DNA of 64,000 nt from a virus (IMGVR_UViG_3300032731_000668:64001-128000), one strand, 5' to 3'; numbered from the stretch's first letter, positions 10,207 through 19,217 are shown. Numbers and translations: made by a program. The notes: generated from the sequence alone by a model not told the origin.

Positions 10207-10698
10207 ATTATATATACATTACTCGAAAGCGATTACGTAAAAACACCAGAATGGTGTGCTAAAGATATGATCTCTTGGTTTAAGCCATCGGGTCTAGTTC
10301 TTGATCCATGCAGGGGAGAGAATAAAGTTTTTTATAATAATTTATCTAATGCCGATTGGTGCGAAATAGGAGAAGGGAAAGATTTTTTTGAATATGATAA
10401 AAAAGTAGATTGGATTATAGGCAATCCACCATATTCTATATTTAGTCATTGGATTAAATACTCTTATACTATTGCAGAAAATATTGTATATTTATTACCG
10501 ACATTTAAGATATTTAATGCCTTATCATTAATGCGACTATATAGAGATAAAGGTGGCATAAAACATATTAGATTTTATGATACAGGAAAAGCAATCGAAT
10601 GGAGTAGAAGTAGACCTATTGTTGCCTGTTGGTTTCAAAAAAAATATAAAGGCGACACCTCCTACTCCTACTATGGGGAAAATAACATAAAAGGATAA
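10207..10698 (+). CDS. Small N6-adenine DNA methyltransferase-like protein (start uncertain)
   Basis: VLDPCRG motif I and IIGNPPYS motif IV; open frame extends upstream of ATG 10267 through DYVKTPEW to a stop at 10201. Confidence 0.75.
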   Translation: MIYTLLESDYVKTPEWCAKDMISWFKPSGLVLDPCRGENKVFYNNLSNADWCEIGEGKDFFEYDKKVDWIIGNPPYSIFSHWIKYSYTIAENIVYLLPTFKIFNALSLMRLYRDKGGIKHIRFYDTGKAIEWSRSRPIVACWFQKKYKGDTSYSYYGENNIKG

Positions 10699-10721
10699 TT
10701 TTATGTGGTTTTGGAGAAAAT

Positions 10722-11465
10722 TTGGGTAAATTTATAGATTTAACTGGACGAAGGTTTGGCAGATTAATTGTTATTAAGGTAGCAGATAGCAATAAATATG
10801 GAAAATACAAGTGGCTTTGCAAATGTAATTGCGGAAATGAGAAAGTTGTTAGAGGCGGCGATTTGCGTAGCGGAGATACACAATCTTGCGGATGTTTGCA
10901 AAAAGAAGTTCCTCCCTATAATTTTATCGACTTAGCTGGACAAAGTTTTGGAAAACTTGTTGTTATCGAAAGAGCAGAGAATAAAGGTAAAACTGTCCGA
11001 TGGTTGTGTAAATGTGATTGTGGCAATGAAACGATTGTTGCTAGAGGTTCTTTGCGCGGGGGGGATACAAAATCTTGTGGATGTTTACGGCACGAAGGTC
11101 TTCCAGAAGGGGAGGCATCCTTCAATAAACTTTATGGAAGCTATAAACGAAAAGCAGAAGATAGAGGTTATGACTTTAAAATAGATAAAAAATTATTTTC
11201 AAAACTAACTAAGGAAAATTGTTTCTATTGCAACACAAAGCCAGCAACTATTTTAAAAAATAAACACAATAAAGGAAACTATATTTATAACGGAATAGAT
11301 AGAGTCGATAATAAAATAGGATATGAAATAGGAAATATTGTTACTTGTTGTGAAACTTGTAATCGTGCTAAATTAGTGATGTCTAAACAAGAGTTTTTAT
11401 CTTGGGTTGAAAAAGTTTATAATCATTCTATAAAGAATAAAAAGGAGACAAATGATAGAAAATAA
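10722..11465 (+). CDS. HNH-type homing endonuclease with two N-terminal CxCxCG repeats
   Basis: TTG start; IDL.G..FG.L.V..W.C.C.CG..SCGC twice; CFYC..NGIDRVDN..GY..CCETCN..K. Confidence 0.85.
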   Translation: MGKFIDLTGRRFGRLIVIKVADSNKYGKYKWLCKCNCGNEKVVRGGDLRSGDTQSCGCLQKEVPPYNFIDLAGQSFGKLVVIERAENKGKTVRWLCKCDCGNETIVARGSLRGGDTKSCGCLRHEGLPEGEASFNKLYGSYKRKAEDRGYDFKIDKKLFSKLTKENCFYCNTKPATILKNKHNKGNYIYNGIDRVDNKIGYEIGNIVTCCETCNRAKLVMSKQEFLSWVEKVYNHSIKNKKETNDRK

Positions 11466-11835
11466 AGAGCAGTTAGACAAGGCATATAAAAAGGCATTAA
11501 TAGAATCGTTGGGTACAGATAAAGATAGGGTTATGATTGATTTGCGTTTAGATGAGGATATGCACTGCTATGGCGTATTTATTACTACGTGGAATACCGA
11601 TATAAACATTCTTTTTAATACAGCAAATTTTAAAAGAGATTTTAATAATGCACTTAGAGAAGCAACAAAATTAATGGACAATGGAGATTATGAAAAAAAG
11701 GGACATCCAATGTCTTATAATTCTTTTAGTTATGGAATATTTTTAAGTTCTAATTTTGATGATTATATGTCTAAAGAGGATAACCCTCTTGCTATAATCA
11801 GAGACGCTGGCGGAGAAATAGCAGGAGTAGAGTAA
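11452..11835 (+). CDS. Hypothetical protein
   Basis: ORF track; SD AAGGAG. Confidence 0.7.
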   Translation: MIENKEQLDKAYKKALIESLGTDKDRVMIDLRLDEDMHCYGVFITTWNTDINILFNTANFKRDFNNALREATKLMDNGDYEKKGHPMSYNSFSYGIFLSSNFDDYMSKEDNPLAIIRDAGGEIAGVE

Positions 11836-11874
11836 TACAATAAAAGGATAGTTTTATGTGGTTTAGGAGAAAAT

Positions 11875-12624
11875 TTGGGTAAATTTATTGATATAGCTGG
11901 ACAACGGTTTGGAAGATTAACTGTTATTAAAAGAGCAGAAAGACCTGAACATATAAAAAATGGCACTTATTGGTTGTGTAAGTGTGATTGTGGAAATGAG
12001 AAAGTAGTTAGAGGGTCGCACTTGAAAGATGGAACTACACAATCTTGTAGATGTATGTTAGGAGAAAATTGGAGAAACAGAATCATAGATTTAACTGGGA
12101 AAAAGTTTAATAAATTGACAGTTGTTTCTCTTCACGAAAAGAGAAAACAGAAACGAAGTAGTTCAACAAAACTTTATTGGCTTTGTAAATGTGACTGTGG
12201 AAATACAACTATATTATGTGGAGATGAAATTAAAAGCATGAATACAAAATCATGCGGGTGTTCTAGATATATTGGGAAAGGAAGAGCAACCTTAGAAAAC
12301 ACAATCATTGCTGCAACAAAACATGGCGCCAAAGCAAGAAATTTAGACTATGCACTAGAGGATAGTTTAGCTCGATTTATTATAAACCAGTCTTGTTTTT
12401 ATTGCGGGGGTTTAGACTTAAGAATAAACAGAAGTAAAAAATCTAAACCAAAATATCGTATAAACGGTATAGACCGAATAGATTCATCTAAAGGATATGA
12501 GATAGATAATGTTGTTCCTTGTTGCAAAATTTGCAACTATATAAAAATGGATATGGGACTAAAGGAATTTTTAGAACAAATAGAAAAAATTTATAATCAT
12601 TCAATAAAAAATAAGGAGAAATAA
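11875..12624 (+). CDS. HNH-type homing endonuclease, paralog of 10722..11465
   Basis: Same architecture, nearly identical 5' leader and same C-terminus (YNHSIKN). Confidence 0.85.
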   Translation: MGKFIDIAGQRFGRLTVIKRAERPEHIKNGTYWLCKCDCGNEKVVRGSHLKDGTTQSCRCMLGENWRNRIIDLTGKKFNKLTVVSLHEKRKQKRSSSTKLYWLCKCDCGNTTILCGDEIKSMNTKSCGCSRYIGKGRATLENTIIAATKHGAKARNLDYALEDSLARFIINQSCFYCGGLDLRINRSKKSKPKYRINGIDRIDSSKGYEIDNVVPCCKICNYIKMDMGLKEFLEQIEKIYNHSIKNKEK

Positions 12625-12838
12625 TGGGATGGGACGATGATGTAAGCATGGAAGGACAGTATTATGTAGATACAATAATACAACTTTTTATGGATGGTGG
12701 ACTAAGAAGGTTGCCAACTAGAGAGGAAATAATAGAATCTATTGCCAGTGTTGTTCCAGAAGACATTGAGGAATATGTGCTAAATGGTGGGTATGCAAAA
12801 ACGAAATGATAGTTAAAAAGTTTTATAATCATTCAATA

Positions 12839-12871
12839 AAAACCATATAAAAAGATAATTTTATATGGTTT
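12839..12871. repeat. Perfect palindrome copy with 5-nt spacer AAAACCATATAAAA-gataa-TTTTATATGGTTTT
   Basis: Direct read; just upstream of the -35 box at 12877. Confidence 0.9.
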
Positions 12872-12876
12872 TCTAC

Positions 12877-12905
12877 TTGACAAAAATGATTAAGTATGAT
12901 ATAAA
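12877..12905 (+). promoter_or_regulatory. Sigma70/A promoter
   Basis: TTGACA-N17-TATAAA with TG; palindrome immediately upstream. Confidence 0.85.
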
Positions 12906-12936
12906 TATATCAACCCTAAAAGAAAGGATGCCAGTT

Positions 12937-13032
12937 ATGTTGAAAGATATATGGTTCTATATCTATGAAACCGACACTGATAATGTAGATGCAGGTTTTG
13001 ATATGGATCCTCCTTGTGAAGATGGAACATAA
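12937..13032 (+). CDS. 31-aa acidic peptide MLKDIWFYIYETDTDNVDAGFDMDPPCEDGT
   Basis: Manual translation; SD AAAGGA; first ORF after the promoter. Confidence 0.6.
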   Translation: MLKDIWFYIYETDTDNVDAGFDMDPPCEDGT

Positions 13033-13080
13033 AATAAAATAGATTAAGAATAAAAAATATAAAAAGAAAGGAGACTAGAT

Positions 13081-13176
13081 ATGTTGTTAGAAGTACAATT
13101 CGGCCAATATGACGACAAAGCAGATCCTGATGATGACGAATCATCAACATGTTCGGAAGATTTTGACCCTAAATAA
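13081..13176 (+). CDS. 31-aa acidic peptide MLLEVQFGQYDDKADPDDDESSTCSEDFDPK
   Basis: Manual translation; SD AAAGGAG. Confidence 0.65.
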   Translation: MLLEVQFGQYDDKADPDDDESSTCSEDFDPK

Positions 13177-13188
13177 TTAGTTTTGACA

Positions 13189-13227
13189 CCTATAGAGATC
13201 ACAATAATCATTAGTGATCTCTATAGG
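13189..13227. repeat. Perfect 14-bp inverted repeat with 11-nt loop
   Basis: CCTATAGAGATCAC-aataatcatta-GTGATCTCTATAGG. Confidence 0.85.
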
Positions 13228-13244
13228 GTGTATAAGGAAAAATA

Positions 13245-13988
13245 ATGAGAGCAGAAAGTTCTTTTGGAAGACAAAAATATAATCTATTCAGAAATTTAGA
13301 TACTGCAACAATAATGGTAATGAGGGAATCCAATGCTATAATTGCAGGTGGTGCAGTAAGATCTGTTTTTGCTGGCGAACATATATCTGACTATGATCTT
13401 TATTTTGATAGTGAAAAAGACTTGCGAATTATGCAGGAATATTTAGATGAAAATTTTAAAAAAGTTTTTACTTCTCCAAACGCTATATCATATAAAAAAG
13501 ATAAAATATGTATTCAATTAATAATTATGCCAGAACTTATAGGATTAGGTTGTGATAAACTATTAGAAGGATTTGATTTCACAATTTGTATGGGCGCATT
13601 TAGTATGAAGGAAGACAGATTTTATCATAATGAAGATTTCTTAATAGACTTAAGCGAAAAAAGACTTGTGTTTAACATTAAGGCAAAATATCCTATGGCA
13701 TCCATGTATCGTGTTTTAAAATATATAAAGAAGGGCTATAAGATATCTGGTTTAGAGATAGTGAAAATTAGTCTATCAATACATAATTTAAAAATGAACA
13801 GCTATAAAGATCTTCGAAAACAATTAATGGGAATCGATACTCTTTTTCTAAAAGAACTTACAGACAGTCTATTATCAAAAGACAAAGATGATTTAGAGTA
13901 TGATTTTGATGATTTTATGGATATTTTTAATGGTTATTGTTATGATCAAATAAATGTGGCTTGGGGTACACATGACGAAATCATTTAA
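13245..13988 (+). CDS. Nucleotidyltransferase (poly(A) polymerase/CCA head-like)
   Basis: IAGGAVRSVF..ISDYDLYF and FDFTICM motifs. Confidence 0.78.
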   Translation: MRAESSFGRQKYNLFRNLDTATIMVMRESNAIIAGGAVRSVFAGEHISDYDLYFDSEKDLRIMQEYLDENFKKVFTSPNAISYKKDKICIQLIIMPELIGLGCDKLLEGFDFTICMGAFSMKEDRFYHNEDFLIDLSEKRLVFNIKAKYPMASMYRVLKYIKKGYKISGLEIVKISLSIHNLKMNSYKDLRKQLMGIDTLFLKELTDSLLSKDKDDLEYDFDDFMDIFNGYCYDQINVAWGTHDEII

Positions 13989-14895
13989 TCCAGAAAACTA
14001 TAGAATCTTTGAATGTTTGACGGGGAGTATTCTATATGGTACAAACACGCCAGAGTCAGACGAAGATTTTCGCGGAATTTGTCTTCCGCCCATGGAAGTA
14101 CTTTTAGATCCTTTCGTGAATTTCGAACAGAAAAATTCTGGTTTTAAAGAAGAAGATAGAACCATTTATGATCTTGGTAAATTTATGAAATTATGCGCAG
14201 GTGGAAATCCAAATATTTTGGAGCTTTTGTTTTGTCCAGAATCAAATATAGTTTATAAAACTTCCGCATGGGATAGAATAGTCGAAAATAAAAACTTATT
14301 TTTAAGTAAAAAAGTTAAATATACGTTCAGCGGTTATTCATTTTCACAATTGCAAAAAATAAAAAATCATAGGAAATGGTTCATAGATCCACCAAAAGAT
14401 AAACCTCATAGAAAAGATTTTGGTCTTACAGATAAACCAATTGTGTCTGGAATGAATTTAGAAAATTCTTTAAATATGCCAATGGAATTATTTAAGGAAA
14501 AATATGTTGATGAACTAAAAAGAGAAAGAGAATATAGGAACGAAAAAAAGAAATGGGATAATTATGTTTCATGGCGCGACAATAGAAATCCTCAACGAAA
14601 AGAATTAGAAGATAAATATTCCTATGACGCAAAACATGCATCACATCTTGTTCGATTGATGACAGAAGGTAAAGAGTTACTTTTAGATCAGACAATAACA
14701 TTTCCACTTAAAAATGCTGAAGAGATTCGTGCTATAAAAAATGGAAAATATACTTACGAAGAAATTATTGAAATGGCAGAAACATTTGACAAAGAATTCG
14801 AAGTGTGGTATGATTTATCAACGTTGCCAAATAGTCCTGATAAGAAGGGATTGAAAAAATTATATTTGGAAATAGTAGAAGAATATGCAAAATAA
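13972..14895 (+). CDS. Pol-beta-superfamily nucleotidyltransferase (RlaP/YcgL-like phage family)
   Basis: GSILYGTNTPESDEDFRGI, NPNILELLF, YDAKHASHLVRL. Confidence 0.85.
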   Translation: MTKSFNPENYRIFECLTGSILYGTNTPESDEDFRGICLPPMEVLLDPFVNFEQKNSGFKEEDRTIYDLGKFMKLCAGGNPNILELLFCPESNIVYKTSAWDRIVENKNLFLSKKVKYTFSGYSFSQLQKIKNHRKWFIDPPKDKPHRKDFGLTDKPIVSGMNLENSLNMPMELFKEKYVDELKREREYRNEKKKWDNYVSWRDNRNPQRKELEDKYSYDAKHASHLVRLMTEGKELLLDQTITFPLKNAEEIRAIKNGKYTYEEIIEMAETFDKEFEVWYDLSTLPNSPDKKGLKKLYLEIVEEYAK

Positions 14896-15487
14896 AAAAG
14901 AATTAACTGGACAAAGATTTGGCAAATTAATGGTTGTTGGCCCGTCTGAATTACGCAGTAAGAGCGGATCAATTCAATGGGAATGCCAATGTGATTGCGG
15001 GACAAAAAAATTGTATTCGTCTTACCAATTATTAAGACGAAGTGTTGTTTCATGTGGTTGCTGGCGAAAAGAAAGATTAACAACACATGGTAAAAAACAC
15101 ACGAGAATTTACGGTATTTGGGGGAATATGAAAAATCGTTGTTGTAATAAAAATAATCCGCAGTATAAAGATTATGGTGGAAGAAAAATTTATGTATGCG
15201 GAGAATGGCAAAACAGTTTTGAAACTTTTTATGATTGGAGTATGGAAAATGGTTATGCCGATAATTTATGTATTGATAGAATTGATAATAATGATAGCTA
15301 TAGCCCCGATAATTGCAGATGGACAAATAATTATGTGCAGGCAAATAATAAAAGAAATACAGTTTTTGTCACAATAAATGGAGAAACGCATTCATTACAC
15401 GAATGGTGTATAATAAAAAATAAGAATTATGGCACAGTATATAGCAGGCATTGGCGAGGGTGGAGTGATGATAAATTATTTAATTAA
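14885..15487 (+). CDS. HNH-like homing endonuclease
   Basis: CQCDCG..SCGC; MKNRC..YKDYGGRKIYVC.EW; IDRIDN..YSPDNCRW..QANN. Confidence 0.85.
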   Translation: MQNKKELTGQRFGKLMVVGPSELRSKSGSIQWECQCDCGTKKLYSSYQLLRRSVVSCGCWRKERLTTHGKKHTRIYGIWGNMKNRCCNKNNPQYKDYGGRKIYVCGEWQNSFETFYDWSMENGYADNLCIDRIDNNDSYSPDNCRWTNNYVQANNKRNTVFVTINGETHSLHEWCIIKNKNYGTVYSRHWRGWSDDKLFN

Positions 15488-16811
15488 ATTGCATCCAAAT
15501 GTAAAAAAAATATTAAATATTTTATATAAAAATAATTTTAAAGGATATATAGTTGGAGGCGCGATCCGCGACGGCCTATTAAGAAGACGTCCTGCCGATT
15601 ATGATATCTGCACCAATGCCCTTCCTGAAGATGTTATAAGGATGTTCTCTAAATATACTGTTGTACCAACTGGGTTGAAACACGGAACTGTTTCTATAAT
15701 AATTGAAGGATGTACATATGAAGTTAGCACATTTAGATCAGACGGTGATTATTCGGATAATCGTCATCCAGATAGCGTAAACTTTATTGAAGACATAGAG
15801 GAAGATTTGTCACGCAGAGATTTTACCATCAATGCTATGGCGTACAATGAAAAAGAAGGGTTGATAGATCCTTATGGCGGACAGATTGACTTAAAAAATA
15901 AAATAATAAACTGCGTCGGCGATCCAAATCTAAGAATTCAAGAAGACGCTCTTAGAATGTTAAGGGCGATTAGGTTTGCTTCACAACTTGGATTTAAGAT
16001 TGGTGATGTTTGGTTTTCAATAAAAGAAAATAAGAATCTTATTTCTAATGTATCTGCAGAAAGAATTAGAGATGAATTAAATAAAATTTTGTTATCCGAT
16101 AATTCAGAAATGATTGCGAAGTTATATCTTGTAGGACTATTAGATATTATTCTTCCTGAATTATCTGCGTGTTTTGGCGTTGATCAAAAAAATAAAAATC
16201 ATATTTATGATGTGGGTGAACATATAATTAATACAATTAAATATACACCCAACAATTTAATTTTAAGATTGTCTGCAATGTTGCACGATATAGGAAAGCC
16301 CAGAACAATGACTGTTGGACCAGATGGCGTTGGGCATTTTTATAGACATGAAGATGTGTCATGCGATATGGCTAGAGAAATTTTACAAAGACTAAAGTAT
16401 GATAATCATACAATTGAAGAAGTTTGTTTGTTGGTAAGAACTCACATGAATTCTATTCCTGCCACTAAAAGAACCGTCAGAAGATTGCTAAGTCAGATTG
16501 GCAAAGAAAGAATGATGACTTGGTGTGCATTAAAAGATGCAGATGCGAAAGCACGAAAAGAATCTAAGTATCTTTCTATGAAAAGCAAAATAGATCGAGC
16601 CATTGAATTATATAATCAAGTTATAGCCGAAGACGAATGTTTTAGTTTAAAAGATCTTGCCATAAATGGCGATGACTTAAAAAATATTGGCTATGAAGAA
16701 GGCAAAGAAATTGGGAAAGTTTTAAAATCTTGTTTAAAAATGGTTATAGAAGATGCCGAGAAAAATAATAAAGAATATTTATTAGAGTATGTAAACCAGA
16801 TAAAACGCTGA
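15468..16811 (+). CDS. cca: CCA-adding tRNA nucleotidyltransferase with HD domain
   Basis: VGGAIRD..DYDI, DLSRRDFTINAMA, EDALRMLRAIRF, VSAERIRDEL, LHDIGKP. Confidence 0.93.
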   Translation: MINYLIKLHPNVKKILNILYKNNFKGYIVGGAIRDGLLRRRPADYDICTNALPEDVIRMFSKYTVVPTGLKHGTVSIIIEGCTYEVSTFRSDGDYSDNRHPDSVNFIEDIEEDLSRRDFTINAMAYNEKEGLIDPYGGQIDLKNKIINCVGDPNLRIQEDALRMLRAIRFASQLGFKIGDVWFSIKENKNLISNVSAERIRDELNKILLSDNSEMIAKLYLVGLLDIILPELSACFGVDQKNKNHIYDVGEHIINTIKYTPNNLILRLSAMLHDIGKPRTMTVGPDGVGHFYRHEDVSCDMAREILQRLKYDNHTIEEVCLLVRTHMNSIPATKRTVRRLLSQIGKERMMTWCALKDADAKARKESKYLSMKSKIDRAIELYNQVIAEDECFSLKDLAINGDDLKNIGYEEGKEIGKVLKSCLKMVIEDAEKNNKEYLLEYVNQIKR

Positions 16812-16825
16812 TTTTATGTGGTTTT
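16793..16825. repeat. Palindrome copy AAACCAGATAAAA-cgctga-TTTTATGTGGTTTT
   Basis: CCA-enzyme ORF runs through the left arm and stops in the spacer; promoter follows. Confidence 0.9.
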
Positions 16826-16828
16826 TGC

Positions 16829-16857
16829 TTGACAAATAAGGAATAATGTGATACTAT
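16829..16857 (+). promoter_or_regulatory. Sigma70/A promoter of the MTase-nuclease pair
   Basis: TTGACA-N17-TACTAT with TG. Confidence 0.8.
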
Positions 16858-16880
16858 TTATTAACTTAAAAGGAAAATAA

Positions 16881-17822
16881 ATGACAAATAAATCTAAAAA
16901 TAAAAATCTAGGAAAAGCAAGAAACTCTAAAAATAACGAGTTCTATACCCAACTAACCGATATAGAAAAAGAATTAGGCCACTATAAAAAATATTTCAAA
17001 GGCAAAACTGTATTTTGCAATTGTGATGACCCACAAGAAAGCGATTTTTGGAAATATTTTTCACTAAATTTTGAATTTCTTGGATTAAAGAAATTAATTT
17101 CTACTCATTTTGAAAAGGCGCAGCCTTCATATAAATTAGAAATCGTAAGAGACATTAATGATGATGGAAAAATCAATAATCTTGATACAATCAAAACTCC
17201 TCTAAAACAAAACGGAGATTTTAGAAGCCCTGAATGTATTGAAATTTTGAAAGAAGCTGATATTGTAGTTACCAATCCGCCATTCAGTTTATTTAGGGAA
17301 TATGTTGCTCAATTAGTGGAATACGATAAAAATTTTATAATTATAGGGAATCAAAATGCCATAACCTATAAGGAGATTTTCAAACTTATAAAAGAAAATA
17401 AAATATGGCTGGGACATACTTCTCCAAAAAAATTTTTACAGCCCGATGGATCAATTAAAACTTTTGGCAATATTTCATGGTATACAAATCTTGAAACTCA
17501 GAAAAGACATGAAGATTTAATTCTCTATAAAAAATATTATGGTTTTGAAGATGAATATCCCAAGTACGATAATTATGATGCCATCAATTTAGATAAAGTA
17601 AAAAATATACCTATGGATTATGATGGTGCCATGGGTGTTCCAATTACATTTTTGTGTAAATACAATCCTGAGCAGTTTGAAATAATGAGTTCCAACAATA
17701 TAAGGGTGAATGACAAACTACCTTTTAAAGAACATGGGCTTATCAAAGACAAAGACGGCACAATTAATGGTAAGGCTACTTATGTCCGAATCGTAATTAA
17801 AAACCGAAAGGTATCAAAATAA
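16881..17822 (+). CDS. Adenine-specific DNA methyltransferase, EcoRI family
   Basis: NEFYT, CNCDDP..S.F..YF..NF, TNPPFSLFREY, MGVPITFL..YNPEQF. Confidence 0.9.
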   Translation: MTNKSKNKNLGKARNSKNNEFYTQLTDIEKELGHYKKYFKGKTVFCNCDDPQESDFWKYFSLNFEFLGLKKLISTHFEKAQPSYKLEIVRDINDDGKINNLDTIKTPLKQNGDFRSPECIEILKEADIVVTNPPFSLFREYVAQLVEYDKNFIIIGNQNAITYKEIFKLIKENKIWLGHTSPKKFLQPDGSIKTFGNISWYTNLETQKRHEDLILYKKYYGFEDEYPKYDNYDAINLDKVKNIPMDYDGAMGVPITFLCKYNPEQFEIMSSNNIRVNDKLPFKEHGLIKDKDGTINGKATYVRIVIKNRKVSK

Positions 17823-18904
17823 TGGAAATAAACTTAAAAGAAATACCAATCAGAGAAGTTGCTAAAGGTTATTCAAACAATCAAATTGAAGGCGTTTTTG
17901 GCTATGGTGGCAAGCTCAATATTCGACCAAAATATCAACGAGAGTTTGTTTATAAAGATAAACAAAGAGATGCTGTTGTTGAAACAATAAGAGAAGATTT
18001 CCCTTTAAATGTAATGTATTGGGCTAAAAATGAAGACGGAACATTTGGAGTAATGGATGGACAACAACGAACTATAAGCGTTTGTGAATATATAGATGGT
18101 AAATTCGCTCTCAACTATCAATATTTTCATAATCTTGAAAAGAAAGAGCAAGAACAAATTCTTGACTATAAACTTATGGTTTATTTCTGCGAAGGAGAAC
18201 CAAAAGAGAAATTAGAATGGTTCAAAATCATAAATATCGCTGGAGAGAAATTGTTTGATCAAGAATTAAGAAATGCAGTCTATACAGGAACATGGCTATC
18301 TAGCGCGAAACGACATTTTAGTAAACCTAACTGTGCTGCAAAAGATATAGGGAAAGATTATTTAATTGGTTCGGCAATTCGCCAAAGTTATTTAGAAACA
18401 GCGATTGATTGGATAAGCGACGGCAATATTAAAGAATATATGGCAACCAACCAGCATAAACCAAATGCTAACGAATTGTGGCTCTATTTTCAAAGCGTAA
18501 TTAATTGGATAAAGATGGTATTCCCTGAATATCGTAAAGAAATGAAGGGTGTGCCTTATGGCTTCTTATATAATGAATTCAAAGACAATGAATTTGATTC
18601 AAATAAAATAGAAGAAGAAATAAGCAAATTAATGCGAGATGAAGATGTAACAAAAAAGAGTGGTATTTACTCGTATGTTTTAACTCAAAAAGAGAAATAC
18701 CTAAATATTCGTGCTTTTAGTGATAGTCAAAAACGAGAAACATACGAAAGACAAAAAGGAACTTGTATTAAGTGCGGCAAACATTTTGAATTAGATGAAA
18801 TGGAAGCTGATCATATTGATCCTTGGAATAAAGGCGGAAAAACAATTGCAAAAAATTGCCAAATGTTATGTAAAGAAGACAATCGAAGAAAATCTGGAAA
18901 ATAA
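17822..18904 (+). CDS. DUF262 (GmrS-like) plus C-terminal HNH nuclease; likely restriction partner
   Basis: YQREFVY, DGQQRT, F.IIN..G..L; C-terminal CIKC..MEADHI.PW.KGGKT..NCQMLC..DN. Confidence 0.88.
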   Translation: MEINLKEIPIREVAKGYSNNQIEGVFGYGGKLNIRPKYQREFVYKDKQRDAVVETIREDFPLNVMYWAKNEDGTFGVMDGQQRTISVCEYIDGKFALNYQYFHNLEKKEQEQILDYKLMVYFCEGEPKEKLEWFKIINIAGEKLFDQELRNAVYTGTWLSSAKRHFSKPNCAAKDIGKDYLIGSAIRQSYLETAIDWISDGNIKEYMATNQHKPNANELWLYFQSVINWIKMVFPEYRKEMKGVPYGFLYNEFKDNEFDSNKIEEEISKLMRDEDVTKKSGIYSYVLTQKEKYLNIRAFSDSQKRETYERQKGTCIKCGKHFELDEMEADHIDPWNKGGKTIAKNCQMLCKEDNRRKSGK

Positions 18905-19217
18905 AAACCACATAAAATGTTGATTTTATAGGAGATTATAATGGATGAATTATTTGTAGTGCGACTTTATGATGGGTTTGATAACTTGTGGATGGATGTT
19001 TCAGAGCCAGTCAATAAAGTTGAAGCAGAAAAAATTTTGAATGAAAAAACGAAGGATGGAACAAAAAATACTAAATATGCAGACATTGATTATTATTGTA
19101 TTTTTCCCGCCGATACAAAGATGATGTTTTCGGTACCAAGATAATATATAATAAAGTATATATTATGGCATATCTTTGGGCTTAATATAACAAAAGGTAT
19201 ATATTATCGAGAGACAA

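Noticed and set aside
15934-15939. Genome-wide avoidance of GAATTC because of the EcoRI-family MTase
   Set aside because: GAATTC is present (e.g. here); family membership does not establish specificity, and no counts were computed.
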